In this document: piece after piece, positions 10,457 to 20,887 of the stretch | How the letters are laid out: every line of letters starts with the position of its first letter | How positions within the stretch are numbered: the first letter of the stretch is position 1 | Source of the DNA: a virus | Reading direction: 5' to 3' (one strand) | Virus record (IMG/VR): IMGVR_UViG_3300022225_001767 | Length of the DNA: 64,000 bases | Notes under the pieces: generated by a model | Seen by the model: only the letters and a program-made list of their open reading frames with translations | Databases searched by the model: none | What the model was told of the DNA's origin: nothing | Program-made: the position numbers and the translations under genes

Positions 10457-11092
10457 ATGAATCAACCAACATGCGCTTCCATTTTGTCATACGCACCCAC
10501 AGGCTGTCCGTCTCACTTACCATCCGCAGCAGGGGATGTTGATTTATATTTCAACACAGGCGCGCGCCATCATCGTTTTCACGCATTTGCGCTGCTAGAT
10601 GGCAATCAGCTGACAAGCGTTGAGTTTTCACGTTGTCGTACGCATTGCAAGCACAGTGAAGAAAGGCTTAACGCCGTTGTCAAAAGCTATCAGTCATATG
10701 ACAAAAAGCTGGCTCGACAGTACCCTTTTGCCTACGGATTTTTCGCTCACGCTGAGGCAGATACACCGTCACCTAAGGACGCATACCTTGACGACCACCA
10801 ATTCTCGCTTGAGCTCATTGACGCCGAAACAACCATTGATTATTACTGTTGCAGCGTCCCTGTCGCATTAGAGCATGGACGCCAAGGCTACCGCCACTAC
10901 CACAGCCTCCATCTTGTTTTTCATGAGAAGGGGAAGGAGTACGCTTACTCTCTCTTTGATGCGTCCCTGTGTCGTGACGCAATCCAACGCTACAATCAAT
11001 GCGTGGAAGGCACTCGACGCTCACCTAAGTGCGCTGACGACGGTTCACTACCACAGCACTTCTGCCCTGAAGCTTACGCGCTGCAACATTAA
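10457..11092 (+). CDS. hypothetical Cys/His-rich protein
   Basis: ATG after cassette. Confidence 0.7.
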   Translation: MNQPTCASILSYAPTGCPSHLPSAAGDVDLYFNTGARHHRFHAFALLDGNQLTSVEFSRCRTHCKHSEERLNAVVKSYQSYDKKLARQYPFAYGFFAHAEADTPSPKDAYLDDHQFSLELIDAETTIDYYCCSVPVALEHGRQGYRHYHSLHLVFHEKGKEYAYSLFDASLCRDAIQRYNQCVEGTRRSPKCADDGSLPQHFCPEAYALQH

Positions 11093-11111
11093 CTTTGATA
11101 AGGATTAAACC

Positions 11112-11414
11112 ATGCCTACACTAAAGGACTGCATCATTACTGCGCCCAGCACAGGCGCGTGTGAAATTGATATAGAAAAAGCTAAAAAGTACTTCGATAA
11201 ACACTGTTTCATCTCAAAGTGGCAAGGCGAGAAAGGCGATGAATATCGACTGGTGAGAACCAAAGCCAATGCGCGAAATTTCAATCACGTCAAGGTCACC
11301 ATCAGCGAAGAAGATGCATTAACCATCATCGACGCCCTTAACATGTACGAAATCACAAGCCGCATGTTTAACCGCGGCTCAACATTCCACGCGCCACAGG
11401 ACTCAGATTTTTAG
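11112..11414 (+). CDS. hypothetical protein
   Basis: AAGGA RBS. Confidence 0.7.
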   Translation: MPTLKDCIITAPSTGACEIDIEKAKKYFDKHCFISKWQGEKGDEYRLVRTKANARNFNHVKVTISEEDALTIIDALNMYEITSRMFNRGSTFHAPQDSDF

Positions 11415-11474
11415 ATATTGACTTTGCACACAGCATGTGAGACACTAATATTGTCAACACATCAGGGAAAATCA

Positions 11475-11783
11475 ATGCCCAAAACAACCAAAGAACAGCT
11501 TGCTGCCATCAAAGCGGATTACGAGTACGTTAAACGTACGTATGGTGACGTCATCGACTTCACTGGCTCTGGCATGGAAGCGATTCAGCTTGAAAACCTG
11601 CTTAACGCTCCTAGCATAGAGACAGCGGTAGACTGCTTTAAAGAGCGCCTCATTTCCCTTTATGAGGATGGTTACGAAGTGTCGGACAGGGAGTCTAAGG
11701 CTTTGCCGTACTTTGATGATGAACGACTTCAAGCAATTGGAGACCGCCATTTACTGCCCATACCGGACGTCGAACTCGCATAA
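11475..11783 (+). CDS. hypothetical protein
   Basis: ATG after cassette. Confidence 0.7.
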   Translation: MPKTTKEQLAAIKADYEYVKRTYGDVIDFTGSGMEAIQLENLLNAPSIETAVDCFKERLISLYEDGYEVSDRESKALPYFDDERLQAIGDRHLLPIPDVELA

Positions 11784-11827
11784 TGTGAGTATCGAGGCAT
11801 TGTTCACCACATAGAGAGAAAGCCAAA

Positions 11828-12526
11828 ATGAATACACTGTCTAGCATCGCGCCCATCCCAACAACGCTACCTATCCTTATCCATGAGAATGAGGATTATG
11901 GGCAAACGGGGTTTATTTTGCGTCAGTTTGCCACTATGGACAATCCACTGGTGGATTTTGGGAGCGGTGAAATGCTTGCGCACGACATCGTAGAACACAT
12001 TAACGGACTTGACGCAGTGGGGACTATTCATGATGAACTCGTGGCCTTAGGTGCGATGTTCGCCGTGCGTGTCGAAACGGGTGCGATGAGTACGCAAAAA
12101 TGGGCGGGGATGTTTTACGATCAGCTTGTGACGTACTGTGAGTCGCCTTACGCACTACCTTACACCGAGGATGCTGACAGTGCTAGTGCCAATCCAGTGA
12201 ATGCACCATTGTCAAAAGCACTGGCGGCATTACAGGATGATTACGGCATTGTGAGAACGCCAGAAGAACAAAAGGCGTTTGAGGACTTTTGCCGTGCAGC
12301 CAAGTGCCTAGTGGTGCAGGGGTATCAACGTCTCCTACGTGGGTATGCGTGGGCGGGAAACTCAGGGAAAGCCGCCTTGGCGCTTTTTAATCACATTCAA
12401 TCATCGGTGCAACAACACCAAAGCGCGGTAGATGACGAACTCATTGGTACGCCATATGTGCTTTCAATTCACAAACTGTCTGCCACAATGGAACAAGAAG
12501 TATTTGATGGAACAATACAAAATTAA
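11828..12526 (+). CDS. hypothetical protein with possible metal-binding AHDIVEH...E motif
   Basis: AHDIVEHING...HDELVALGA segment. Confidence 0.65.
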   Translation: MNTLSSIAPIPTTLPILIHENEDYGQTGFILRQFATMDNPLVDFGSGEMLAHDIVEHINGLDAVGTIHDELVALGAMFAVRVETGAMSTQKWAGMFYDQLVTYCESPYALPYTEDADSASANPVNAPLSKALAALQDDYGIVRTPEEQKAFEDFCRAAKCLVVQGYQRLLRGYAWAGNSGKAALALFNHIQSSVQQHQSAVDDELIGTPYVLSIHKLSATMEQEVFDGTIQN

Positions 12527-12652
12527 TTACGATAACGCGCGTCATAATGTGCGCTTCTGTGATACCATCTTTTTTATCAGTAATGATAAGGGCTGGCAGG
12601 AAGCAACGTCCATAAAAACCTGCCGCACAGACAATAACGATGCGAGGGCATT

Positions 12653-13144
12653 ATGACGGACAAAACAGCAACACTACTTTCACTCTTTCCTGGCGACATC
12701 AGCCGCACCCATGAGCAATACCAAACGATTAAAACGGGACGCGCGCCATCACTGACACAAGATATATTCATTAGAAATATCTTGCGCGGTGTGCAGCAAC
12801 ACTCACACGCACACCTTGGCAAAGCGGCCCTTTTACTGTCGGCAGATAAGGCCATTCCTCAAAAAGAAGGCGTAACGTTTCTTGATGCAGCCATTGCAAC
12901 CTCAGCGGCCGCTATTTTTAGCTACGTCGTTGGCGTGCTCCACAGCGATGATGTGCCAGAACGTATTGACGGCATCGTTGCTACGACATGGAGATACATG
13001 GAAAAAGAAACGATGGGTGTGCAAACTCAAGAACATCCCGACACACCTAATAAAACGTCGAACGCTCGCACCTTCACAGAATCTCAAATTCGGGCAGAAC
13101 TTGATGCAATGGCGGATGGCTGCGGGGGCGCTTGCACCATATAG
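12653..13144 (+). CDS. hypothetical protein with C-terminal GCGGACTI Cys pair; paralog of 59794-60279
   Basis: GAGG RBS; shared C-terminal tail. Confidence 0.75.
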   Translation: MTDKTATLLSLFPGDISRTHEQYQTIKTGRAPSLTQDIFIRNILRGVQQHSHAHLGKAALLLSADKAIPQKEGVTFLDAAIATSAAAIFSYVVGVLHSDDVPERIDGIVATTWRYMEKETMGVQTQEHPDTPNKTSNARTFTESQIRAELDAMADGCGGACTI

Positions 13145-13246
13145 CACGGCCAACTTTCACACTAATAAAACAAAGTTTTCTTGACAACATACACTGTTTT
13201 TGAGATACTAATTCTGCCAACACAACAGATAACAAAGGAAACATTT

Positions 13247-13831
13247 ATGGCCACTAAGGGCGTAAACAAAGTCATCCTTGTAGGTAATCTTGGGAACGAT
13301 CCTGAGGTTCGCTACATGCCTAACGGCAATGCCGTTGCCAACTTAAGTCTAGCAACAAGCGAAAGCTGGAAAGATCAGCAGGGTCAAGTTCAGGAACGCA
13401 CTGAATGGCACCGACTTACCATGTATCGCCGACTGGCTGAGATTGCTGGTGAATACCTGAAAAAAGGTTCACAAATTTACGTTGAAGGTAAACTTCAAAC
13501 GCGCAAATGGCAAGACCAGCAGGGTCAAGACAAGTACACTACTGAAATCATTGTCGATCAGATGCAAATGCTAGGCGGTCGCAATAACAATGGTGGCGGC
13601 AACCAAGGTGGTTACAACCAAGGCAATAACCAAAATCAAGGCGGTTACAACCAAGGCAACAACCAAAACCAAGGCGGCGGTAATCAAGGTGGTTACAACC
13701 AGAACCAAGGCGGCAATAATGGCGGTGGCAACCAAGGTGGCGGTAATCAAAATCAAGGCGGTCAGAACGCTGGTAAGAACCCACCTATGGCAGAACCAGA
13801 TTTTGACTTTGATGACGATATTCCTTTTTAG
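13247..13831 (+). CDS. ssb: single-stranded DNA-binding protein
   Basis: [21 protein letters not shown] fold, G/N/Q linker, C-terminal DDDIPF; start at MATKG. Confidence 0.97.
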   Translation: MATKGVNKVILVGNLGNDPEVRYMPNGNAVANLSLATSESWKDQQGQVQERTEWHRLTMYRRLAEIAGEYLKKGSQIYVEGKLQTRKWQDQQGQDKYTTEIIVDQMQMLGGRNNNGGGNQGGYNQGNNQNQGGYNQGNNQNQGGGNQGGYNQNQGGNNGGGNQGGGNQNQGGQNAGKNPPMAEPDFDFDDDIPF

Positions 13832-13951
13832 CGAAGGTTAAGTTATTGATTTATAAGGTTTTTTTTGAGGGGTGGGTTCCCACCCACTACCTGCCCCTCA
13901 CCCTCCCCGCTACGCCAAACAATAATACCAAAAACACAAAGAGGCACCGCT

Positions 13952-15208
13952 ATGCGACGCGTATTACGTTTAATTGTTCCCACTCTCGTTTTCTCTTTTG
14001 TTACACTCACCAATATTGCACTCGCGTCACCGACTACAGAAGAAAGACTTGTCGCCAAATACAACAGCGCAATGTTCCAAATATCGACATCACTAAAAGG
14101 CGCAAGCGGCATCACCTCATACGGCACAGGCTTTCTCATAAAAAACAATCTCCTTGTTACCAATTATCACGTTATTGATGATTATTTTCTTGCGCAGGAA
14201 GACTATAAAATTATTGTTACGCGAGGCACCGACAAAACCATCTATCCGGTATCGCTTCACACCGTCGATATGCTCAACGACCTCGCCATATTTACGGTAG
14301 AGACAAATACAGACGACATTACGCCTTTTACATTAGGGGAAAGTAACGTTCAACAGGGCGCAACCGTATACAGCATGGGCAACCCAAAAAGCTCTGGTTT
14401 TATGATTGTGCCTGGCGTATACAACGGTGTACGAGAGGCTTCCAAAAAGGAACTCCTTAATTTTACTGGCTCGCTTAATAGCGGCATGAGCGGAGGACCT
14501 GTTATCGACAGTAACGAAATACTCGTAGGTGTCAATGTGTCCTCTTCTGGCAATGGCATGGGATACGCGGTCAATGCAAAACACCTTAAGGCGCTAGTGG
14601 CTCACGTCAACAGCAACCCGCCCAATACAGATAGCCTTTCTGTTGCAGAAGAACAGCTTCATGCGTGGTCATCGCTTATCACCGATATGCTGAAAGGTAA
14701 ATTCAGCGCGCCGTCAAATGCACTAGAAGTAGACTCGCCGTTCGTGAAATGCAACAGCGATAAAGTTGATGATGACGCTATCTCTGTCCATATAAAACAT
14801 TGCTATACCTTGGAGGATTTGGGACTTGGCGGTAGACACACATTAGAGGGTTTTTCAGTATTTTCTTACCACGTAGAAGACAGCGAACCAAGCTTTATAC
14901 GGCGTATAATGGGGTTAACCCCTCTGTTTCTCTTGTCTCAATTATCCCCTCTCATTCAGGACGATGACGCTTCTCTCTACAGCAGTTCATCCTGTGAGTT
15001 TATCGTTACCACATTAACAAACAATCGTCGGGCAAAGATCAGAAACTGCGCAGTACGTGGCAACACATCGCCGTCCTATTGGATACATCGCGTCACCATT
15101 TCTTACGCCATCGACAGCAACAATGCGATCGCCAATGACATTACATTTCAAGGGCTATCCCCCATGGCGAGTGCCACATTGCTTGCTGACATTATAGAGG
15201 AGCTTTAA
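13952..15208 (+). CDS. exported trypsin-like (S1) serine protease
   Basis: Signal-like N-terminus; VTNYHV (His), DLAI (Asp), SGMSGGP (Ser). Confidence 0.85.
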   Translation: MRRVLRLIVPTLVFSFVTLTNIALASPTTEERLVAKYNSAMFQISTSLKGASGITSYGTGFLIKNNLLVTNYHVIDDYFLAQEDYKIIVTRGTDKTIYPVSLHTVDMLNDLAIFTVETNTDDITPFTLGESNVQQGATVYSMGNPKSSGFMIVPGVYNGVREASKKELLNFTGSLNSGMSGGPVIDSNEILVGVNVSSSGNGMGYAVNAKHLKALVAHVNSNPPNTDSLSVAEEQLHAWSSLITDMLKGKFSAPSNALEVDSPFVKCNSDKVDDDAISVHIKHCYTLEDLGLGGRHTLEGFSVFSYHVEDSEPSFIRRIMGLTPLFLLSQLSPLIQDDDASLYSSSSCEFIVTTLTNNRRAKIRNCAVRGNTSPSYWIHRVTISYAIDSNNAIANDITFQGLSPMASATLLADIIEEL

Positions 15209-16077
15209 TGATGCGCACTTATGGATTCCAATACGCGACGTCAGGCGAACCTCAAGACAACCACTTCATTTCACTTGATGAATATTATTCATCGGTAGGC
15301 TCTGACTATAGCACCACACTTAATATAAAATCATCAACGCTTCCTTATAAAGCCTTTCGCGTCAAATCACTAAAGGGCAAGCTTTGCGTGGATGCGTTGA
15401 GTCCAGGCGTAACGATAACGCTCAAGGACAGCCGTTCGGAAATGCTTCCGCAAAACAAAGTGAGTCGATATAACATTGATGATGTCGCCTCAATCTCTTA
15501 TGGCTCGCACGTTTTCAACATTGTTCCTCCTATTGAAATAACACTGCCTGACATTGTCAGCCCTGCAAAGCCAACGCAAGACAATGTACCTTTTTTAAAG
15601 AAGCTAGGCATTACGCTTATCACTGTATTGGCCATTATTTTAAACTACGGCTCCCCCTCATGGCTCTATGCCGCTTTTCCACTCTTACTAGGGGTTTCTA
15701 CGCAGGTGGTTTGGTTAGCGTCCCCACGCACAGCTACGCGCGCGCTTAACATCGCTTTCACGTTTGGCGTTGCATTTTTACTTGCCCCGTTTTTCTCCCT
15801 GCTCTCAATCATTGATGAAAACTGGGTGTCTGTCTTTATCATTATGGCGATAACATTTTTTATGCCCATGCTGCTGGCCGTTGTGTTCTATCCTAACTAC
15901 GAACGCAAAAGTAGCCTGCTCGTCACCTCGGCGCTAAAGGTGCTGCCATTGATGTTCTTTATGTCGACGTTCCTTGATGCAGGGGTGGTTCCACAAAACA
16001 CACTTTCCTCACTGCTGCTTGAGCAAAGTCGTGAGGACATCATATGGCATTCGACGTTCTCAAATATAGACAATTAA
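15208..16077 (+). CDS. membrane protein coupled to the protease gene
   Basis: TAATG overlap; several hydrophobic segments in C-terminal half. Confidence 0.7.
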   Translation: MMRTYGFQYATSGEPQDNHFISLDEYYSSVGSDYSTTLNIKSSTLPYKAFRVKSLKGKLCVDALSPGVTITLKDSRSEMLPQNKVSRYNIDDVASISYGSHVFNIVPPIEITLPDIVSPAKPTQDNVPFLKKLGITLITVLAIILNYGSPSWLYAAFPLLLGVSTQVVWLASPRTATRALNIAFTFGVAFLLAPFFSLLSIIDENWVSVFIIMAITFFMPMLLAVVFYPNYERKSSLLVTSALKVLPLMFFMSTFLDAGVVPQNTLSSLLLEQSREDIIWHSTFSNIDN

Positions 16078-16171
16078 ATTTTCCGCCTCGCGTCTCCATT
16101 TTTAGCGCGAGGCATTGACAACCATCGCAGATTTTGAGATACTGATCCTGTCAACACAACAGGAGAATGAC

Positions 16172-16579
16172 ATGCCTAAAATCACCCGCATTGATAAGAG
16201 CAACGCACGTGATGTTGCTAATATTATTAGAGATAAACTGAGCGAACTTAAAAACGAGTACGGTCTGACGGTCACGCTAGAAGGAAGTATGACACTTCAA
16301 GCGGATGGGTCCGGCATGTCGTCAAAAATCAACATTGCGGCTGACATCAACAGAGAAGACATAGAGGCTCAGGCCAAGGCGGATTGGGCGCTTTACGCAC
16401 CACGCTTCGACCTTCCTGCCGATGGTTACGGTACGGTGCTTATTATTAACAACAAGCAGTACACTGCCGCTGGCATTAAACCCAACCGACCTAAGAACTC
16501 ATTGGTTATCAGGGATGTCAAAACAGGCGAAACCCGCATTGGTCCACCTTCGCTTTTTCATACCTGCAAAGTGGCGTAA
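16172..16579 (+). CDS. hypothetical protein
   Basis: ATG after cassette and AGGAG RBS. Confidence 0.75.
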   Translation: MPKITRIDKSNARDVANIIRDKLSELKNEYGLTVTLEGSMTLQADGSGMSSKINIAADINREDIEAQAKADWALYAPRFDLPADGYGTVLIINNKQYTAAGIKPNRPKNSLVIRDVKTGETRIGPPSLFHTCKVA

Positions 16580-16647
16580 CCACACAACAAGAGGTGCCCT
16601 ACGTGGCCCCTCGCCCTATTTTTAGAACAAAACATTAAGGCAACACC

Positions 16648-17004
16648 ATGAATATGGAAGACGTTAAAGCAATGACTGAGGGTGAATCTCTCAACACTCC
16701 TATGGCACTATCTGTGGCCGACGCGGTGTATGCAATAGGCTGGTGGATCGCTATTCCTAGCGACGGTGCTGAGGCGACGCTTGATGACGCAAAAGCGGCC
16801 ATCAACAAGGTTGACGGTGCCGCTATTGATGTGGTTGTTCCGTTTGAACCTGATTATTGCGATAGCGTTCGCGTGAGCGGTACTGACGACGGTGTGTTTT
16901 CTGTTTACGTGTTGTGTAATACGGCGACACCGAGCTACACCTGCTCACTAGAAACGCTAACGGGCACCATCTGGAAAGCTGTTACTGAGTACAACAACCG
17001 CTGA
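16648..17004 (+). CDS. hypothetical protein
   Basis: AAGG RBS. Confidence 0.7.
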   Translation: MNMEDVKAMTEGESLNTPMALSVADAVYAIGWWIAIPSDGAEATLDDAKAAINKVDGAAIDVVVPFEPDYCDSVRVSGTDDGVFSVYVLCNTATPSYTCSLETLTGTIWKAVTEYNNR

Positions 17005-17034
17005 GTGTAATGCTCACACTATCGGAGATAAGCG

Positions 17035-17379
17035 ATGTCATCAGCTCTATTAAGACAACTACCAATGCCTGCATTGAAGCGCTTGCTTAAGCAATGTGGC
17101 ATTCCATCTGAAAAAGGTGACATCGAAAAAACGTTCAATGTTGCGATCACTTTTAGTAGCAATAATAATGGCGAGATGTTCGCCACGGTGGATACGCGAA
17201 CGGCGGATGATCTTTGGTGGATAGAAAACAAGCACAACCTTAAACATGCTGTGCGATGGCGTGAGTCATGCCACTCTAGGTACATTTTCACCAATTTTGC
17301 AGACACCTATGAGCGCGCCATGTTTATCGCCGTTATTGATGCTGTTAAGCCGGAGACATGCGCAATGCACCTTACTTAA
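17035..17379 (+). CDS. hypothetical protein
   Basis: GGAG RBS. Confidence 0.65.
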   Translation: MSSALLRQLPMPALKRLLKQCGIPSEKGDIEKTFNVAITFSSNNNGEMFATVDTRTADDLWWIENKHNLKHAVRWRESCHSRYIFTNFADTYERAMFIAVIDAVKPETCAMHLT

Positions 17380-17483
17380 CCGGTGGTGCATCATTCGTTC
17401 TCAACGGCAGATAGGTGTATTATCTGTTGACAAAAAACACAGGCTGTGCGAACCTGTTTTAGTCAACACAAATGGAGCGCATT

Positions 17484-17810
17484 ATGGCGTTAACAGAGAA
17501 AGACAAGAAGCTATTAATCAACAAGCCTAACCGACACTTTGCTCGAACTGGCGACGGCATGGGCGTACGCATGATAGTGTGCAGCGCAACGCAAGCCATC
17601 CTTGATGTCTACGAAAGCGAACGTGACAATATTCAAGGCGAGCTGATCATTGTTCGTAACCGAAAGGATGAAACCCTGGCGGCCTCCGCGCGAAACAGTG
17701 CCTGCAACGCCTTATTGGTCTTCACTTATCAACCTGACAGTTATTTTACATCGACTTGTTATGAAGTTACGCTATCCGATGCGCTACGCAAGCGTGCGTT
17801 AACTGATTAA
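17484..17810 (+). CDS. hypothetical protein
   Basis: ATG after cassette and GGAG RBS. Confidence 0.7.
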   Translation: MALTEKDKKLLINKPNRHFARTGDGMGVRMIVCSATQAILDVYESERDNIQGELIIVRNRKDETLAASARNSACNALLVFTYQPDSYFTSTCYEVTLSDALRKRALTD

Positions 17811-17825
17811 TTACCACGGGAACCT

Positions 17826-18452
17826 ATGATGTCGCCAACAGAATTTATGCCGCCTTTATTGTGGTTGCTACCGCAGGAAAAGTACCGTTTTTACTTTTCA
17901 CAAACCAGCAAGAATGCTTCAGGCAGTCAAAAAACCAACTCGCGTCAGAGCGGGATGGAAATCGCCGTCAGTGCAGCCGACATGGTAGCCTACGTCGGCA
18001 AGGCTATCCCAGAACATTTACGTCACCTTACTCACGTACAGAACGCGCAAGGGGCATTTATTTGGAGTGCAAAACACGGTTGGGAAAACGAGTGGTTTGT
18101 TGAACTTGTTGGACAGTGGGTCGCGCTGATTGATGCGGGTATGGAGGTTAATAACCAGAGCATTGAATCCCTTGCCCAAAATAATGTTAGCCTACCTTAT
18201 TGTCTTGACTGTGTGTTTGACGACACCCCATTTACACCCAAATTTGATATAGGTTTTGACGACGCTACGCAGCGTGTAAAGCTCACCATGAAGCTCAATT
18301 GGCCTCTTGATGAACCTCGAACACCGATTGATAGCGCGACCTTGCTACTGCCAGCAGACCCGCATACGCTGTTTGATGTTCGCCGTAGCGATGGTGAAAC
18401 TATCCGTGGACGACTTGAAGACGGCCTATTACCTAGCGCATTACGCGCATAA
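17826..18452 (+). CDS. hypothetical protein
   Basis: 208-aa ORF in operon. Confidence 0.7.
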   Translation: MMSPTEFMPPLLWLLPQEKYRFYFSQTSKNASGSQKTNSRQSGMEIAVSAADMVAYVGKAIPEHLRHLTHVQNAQGAFIWSAKHGWENEWFVELVGQWVALIDAGMEVNNQSIESLAQNNVSLPYCLDCVFDDTPFTPKFDIGFDDATQRVKLTMKLNWPLDEPRTPIDSATLLLPADPHTLFDVRRSDGETIRGRLEDGLLPSALRA

Positions 18453-18472
18453 CGTTATCACTGGAATGCACG

Positions 18473-18688
18473 ATGAAACTTGTCGACCGAATATTGGCCC
18501 ATTTGCGAACGCAGCCTAATGGAAGCGATTCCGACTGGGGGATAATGAACGCGCTTTATCCTGACGCGCAACAAGGCACTCCATCGAATGGCGCACGCAT
18601 CGCCAACATCCGGCGAACGGTTCACTCGCACGAAGACTTATGCTTCTCGCAGAATGACAGTCGAATAGTGCTGCTTATTGAAAGATAA
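18473..18688 (+). CDS. small hypothetical protein
   Basis: 71-aa ORF followed by terminator 18720-18745. Confidence 0.6.
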   Translation: MKLVDRILAHLRTQPNGSDSDWGIMNALYPDAQQGTPSNGARIANIRRTVHSHEDLCFSQNDSRIVLLIER

Positions 18689-18780
18689 GCTTCTTAAACC
18701 TCACAATATTTCGTTAACAAAAAGCGCCATTTTAGGCGTTTTTTTGTTGACTTTCATGTTCAATACTGCCAAAATGAAAA

Positions 18781-18965
18781 TGCTTCACAGTGATGTGCGG
18801 CAAACACAGGTGAGAACCTAGCAGCCTTCCGGCGCCATGCGCTTGCAAATATCATTAACGATGAACATTACGCTATCATTTAGCAATCCACGTTTACATT
18901 ATGAACTGTAGCGTGTCATCACCCCGGGAAGGCAAGAAAAAGACACGCAATACGGAGAATGATGT
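18781..18965 (+). ncRNA. Pseudoknotted leader RNA, unit D
   Basis: GCCTTCC 18824-18830 pairs GGAAGGC 18927-18933 in loop of stem GCGTGTC 18911-18917/GACACGC 18942-18948; TTGACT at 18747. Confidence 0.7.
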
Positions 18966-19778
18966 ATGAACACACCTAAGTTATTTTTTACCACGCTTGT
19001 TAATGCTCTGCGCACTAAAGATGATGCAAAGGCATTGCGTCAGCACATGAATGACGTGAACGCCAAGCACTTCGGAAACACCCAAAAACCCGCCAAATTG
19101 TTCGCTTATTTCGCTGACATGATGGGCACATCAAACGCAAACAAGCTATCAGCGTTACTTGATGAAAAAGTCAGCGACAATTTTGACGATCCTGCAACCT
19201 TCATCAGCACACTACTTAGCCCCATGATGTCGCGTGTTGCGCGTGTTGGCGAAGTGGGTAGAGTGATTTCAGGTAGCGACCCAGCCCCTAGCTGGTTTAT
19301 GAACCTTCCATTATTAACCATAAAAACGACGGGATACACCGACGATCCTGAAAAAACCACCTGCTATCTTGGCGTTATTATCAACGTTGAATACTCTAGG
19401 GCCTTCGGTAAACTTCTCGTTGATGCGACATTAAAACTGTTTGATGATGCTGATCTCTCTGCCTGTGATATTGGGTACGAAGTAGAACTTGAAACGCAAA
19501 ATGACATCACCGAATACTTTAGCAGCGAGATGGAAATGGGATTTGGTCAAGCGACAAGCATCTCACTTCATGAGGGCGGCAAATTATTCTCCTCGTTAAC
19601 TGGATTAACAACCTCTACGTTTGATGAAGGTGACGACCCCATTATTCCCTTTCTCGTCAGCGGGATTGGCCATGAGCTCATTCGAACATTGTCGCCGGTG
19701 TGCGATTTAACGTTAAATTGCGGTGACATCGCATGCCAACAGATGTTTTTAGCATCCGGTAAAATAGAAAAACGTTAA
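18966..19778 (+). CDS. Helical-motif family protein (unit D)
   Basis: LFAYFADMMGTSNANKLSALL motif; GGAG RBS. Confidence 0.78.
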   Translation: MNTPKLFFTTLVNALRTKDDAKALRQHMNDVNAKHFGNTQKPAKLFAYFADMMGTSNANKLSALLDEKVSDNFDDPATFISTLLSPMMSRVARVGEVGRVISGSDPAPSWFMNLPLLTIKTTGYTDDPEKTTCYLGVIINVEYSRAFGKLLVDATLKLFDDADLSACDIGYEVELETQNDITEYFSSEMEMGFGQATSISLHEGGKLFSSLTGLTTSTFDEGDDPIIPFLVSGIGHELIRTLSPVCDLTLNCGDIACQQMFLASGKIEKR

Positions 19779-19830
19779 TTTGTTCATAAAAAAACGCCAC
19801 CGGCAACCTGGTGGCGCTTGTGTTCTTTAT

Positions 19831-19888
19831 CGAAAATCGTCGAGAAAACCCCGTGAACAGAGCGAAGCGATGTCGCTGGGTAGTTCAC
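19831..19888 (+). mobile_element. 58-bp non-autonomous derivative of the IS200/IS605 element at 42772-44166
   Basis: TTTAT target, then left-end CGAGAAAACCCCGTGA fused to right-end CAGAGCGAAGCGATGTCGCTGGGTAGTTCAC. Confidence 0.8.
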
Positions 19889-19960
19889 TTTAGAGGTGAT
19901 TGACTACCTACACTGCCTGTGAGACAATGGCTATTGTCAACACAACGTAGGTAATCATTT

Positions 19961-20677
19961 ATGACATGCTCTCACCACCCAATGCCAGAGTTACAGGTAA
20001 GCTACCATGATGCCTCTTGCATTATTGACGGTAAAGGAATTTCTTTTGTTGACGACAATCTCATCATGCACTCAGGGCTTCATGAGCTGGGTATGACATA
20101 TGTTATCGCCAACAGCCTCCAAAAGAACGACCAAGAAAATCACATCTTTCTTAGGCGTGCCGACATGGTGCCTGATGGCATTATTGATACAATAAAAACG
20201 ACTGTTAATGTAAAAAGGAATCACTTAACACTCTATCGCAAAGATGTGGCGGACTTCTTTCACGACGCAACCGGCTTTTTCGTCACTTACTTTGAACATG
20301 GTATTGGGATAACTAAGCTTCATAGCGCTGGTGGCCCTTGCGTTAAACAAAACGTCTATGCCACCGTGGTAACCCCAGATGGCGAATCTTTTACCGGCAC
20401 AAACCTTTGCCGCAACCCTCAAAAGGTATGCCCTCGTGAGGTGCAGGGCATGAAATCCGGCGAAGGATACGAACTTTGTCAAAGCGTGTGCCAGCAGGAC
20501 GGGCACGCAGAGGTTAATGCGCTTCGTGCGGCGGGAAATAAAGCAAAAGGCAGCATCCTGTACCTCTCTGGTCACCTCTATGCCTGTGGTGGCTGCCAGT
20601 CAGCGATAAAAGAAGCGAACATTGCAGAACTTCGCATCATGAACAATCGCGTTCCTTTCTATCGCTCAAAACCATAA
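19961..20677 (+). CDS. protein with C-terminal cytidine/dCMP deaminase-like domain
   Basis: GHAEVNAL ... HLYACGGC zinc motif (HxE/CxxC). Confidence 0.75.
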   Translation: MTCSHHPMPELQVSYHDASCIIDGKGISFVDDNLIMHSGLHELGMTYVIANSLQKNDQENHIFLRRADMVPDGIIDTIKTTVNVKRNHLTLYRKDVADFFHDATGFFVTYFEHGIGITKLHSAGGPCVKQNVYATVVTPDGESFTGTNLCRNPQKVCPREVQGMKSGEGYELCQSVCQQDGHAEVNALRAAGNKAKGSILYLSGHLYACGGCQSAIKEANIAELRIMNNRVPFYRSKP

Positions 20678-20718
20678 ATAATAGTTGCATTGATGCCTGT
20701 ATTTTGTTAATATTTAAC

Positions 20719-20887
20719 TGTCGCCGCTAATAGCGACTGCCTCCTCCGCCCTAACGGGTAAGGCCCATATTAGCAAGTTACACCGACCTGATTTTTATTG
20801 AAACTACTGTCACCAGCGGTTCTCCAATAACAGGCGCAAGGGAGGAACGAGCTGTTAAACTGAACCGAAAACGGAAACAGTACAATC
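20719..20887 (+). ncRNA. Pseudoknotted leader RNA, unit E
   Basis: TCCTCC 20742-20747 pairs GGAGGA 20841-20846 in loop of nested stems CGGTTC/GAACCG and TAACAG/CTGTTA; TTGCAT-N17-TAATAT at 20685. Confidence 0.65.

Noticed and set aside
13580-13765. AACCAAGGC-type tandem repeats
   Set aside because: They encode the ordinary G/N/Q disordered linker of SSB, and the overlapping ORFs are artefacts.
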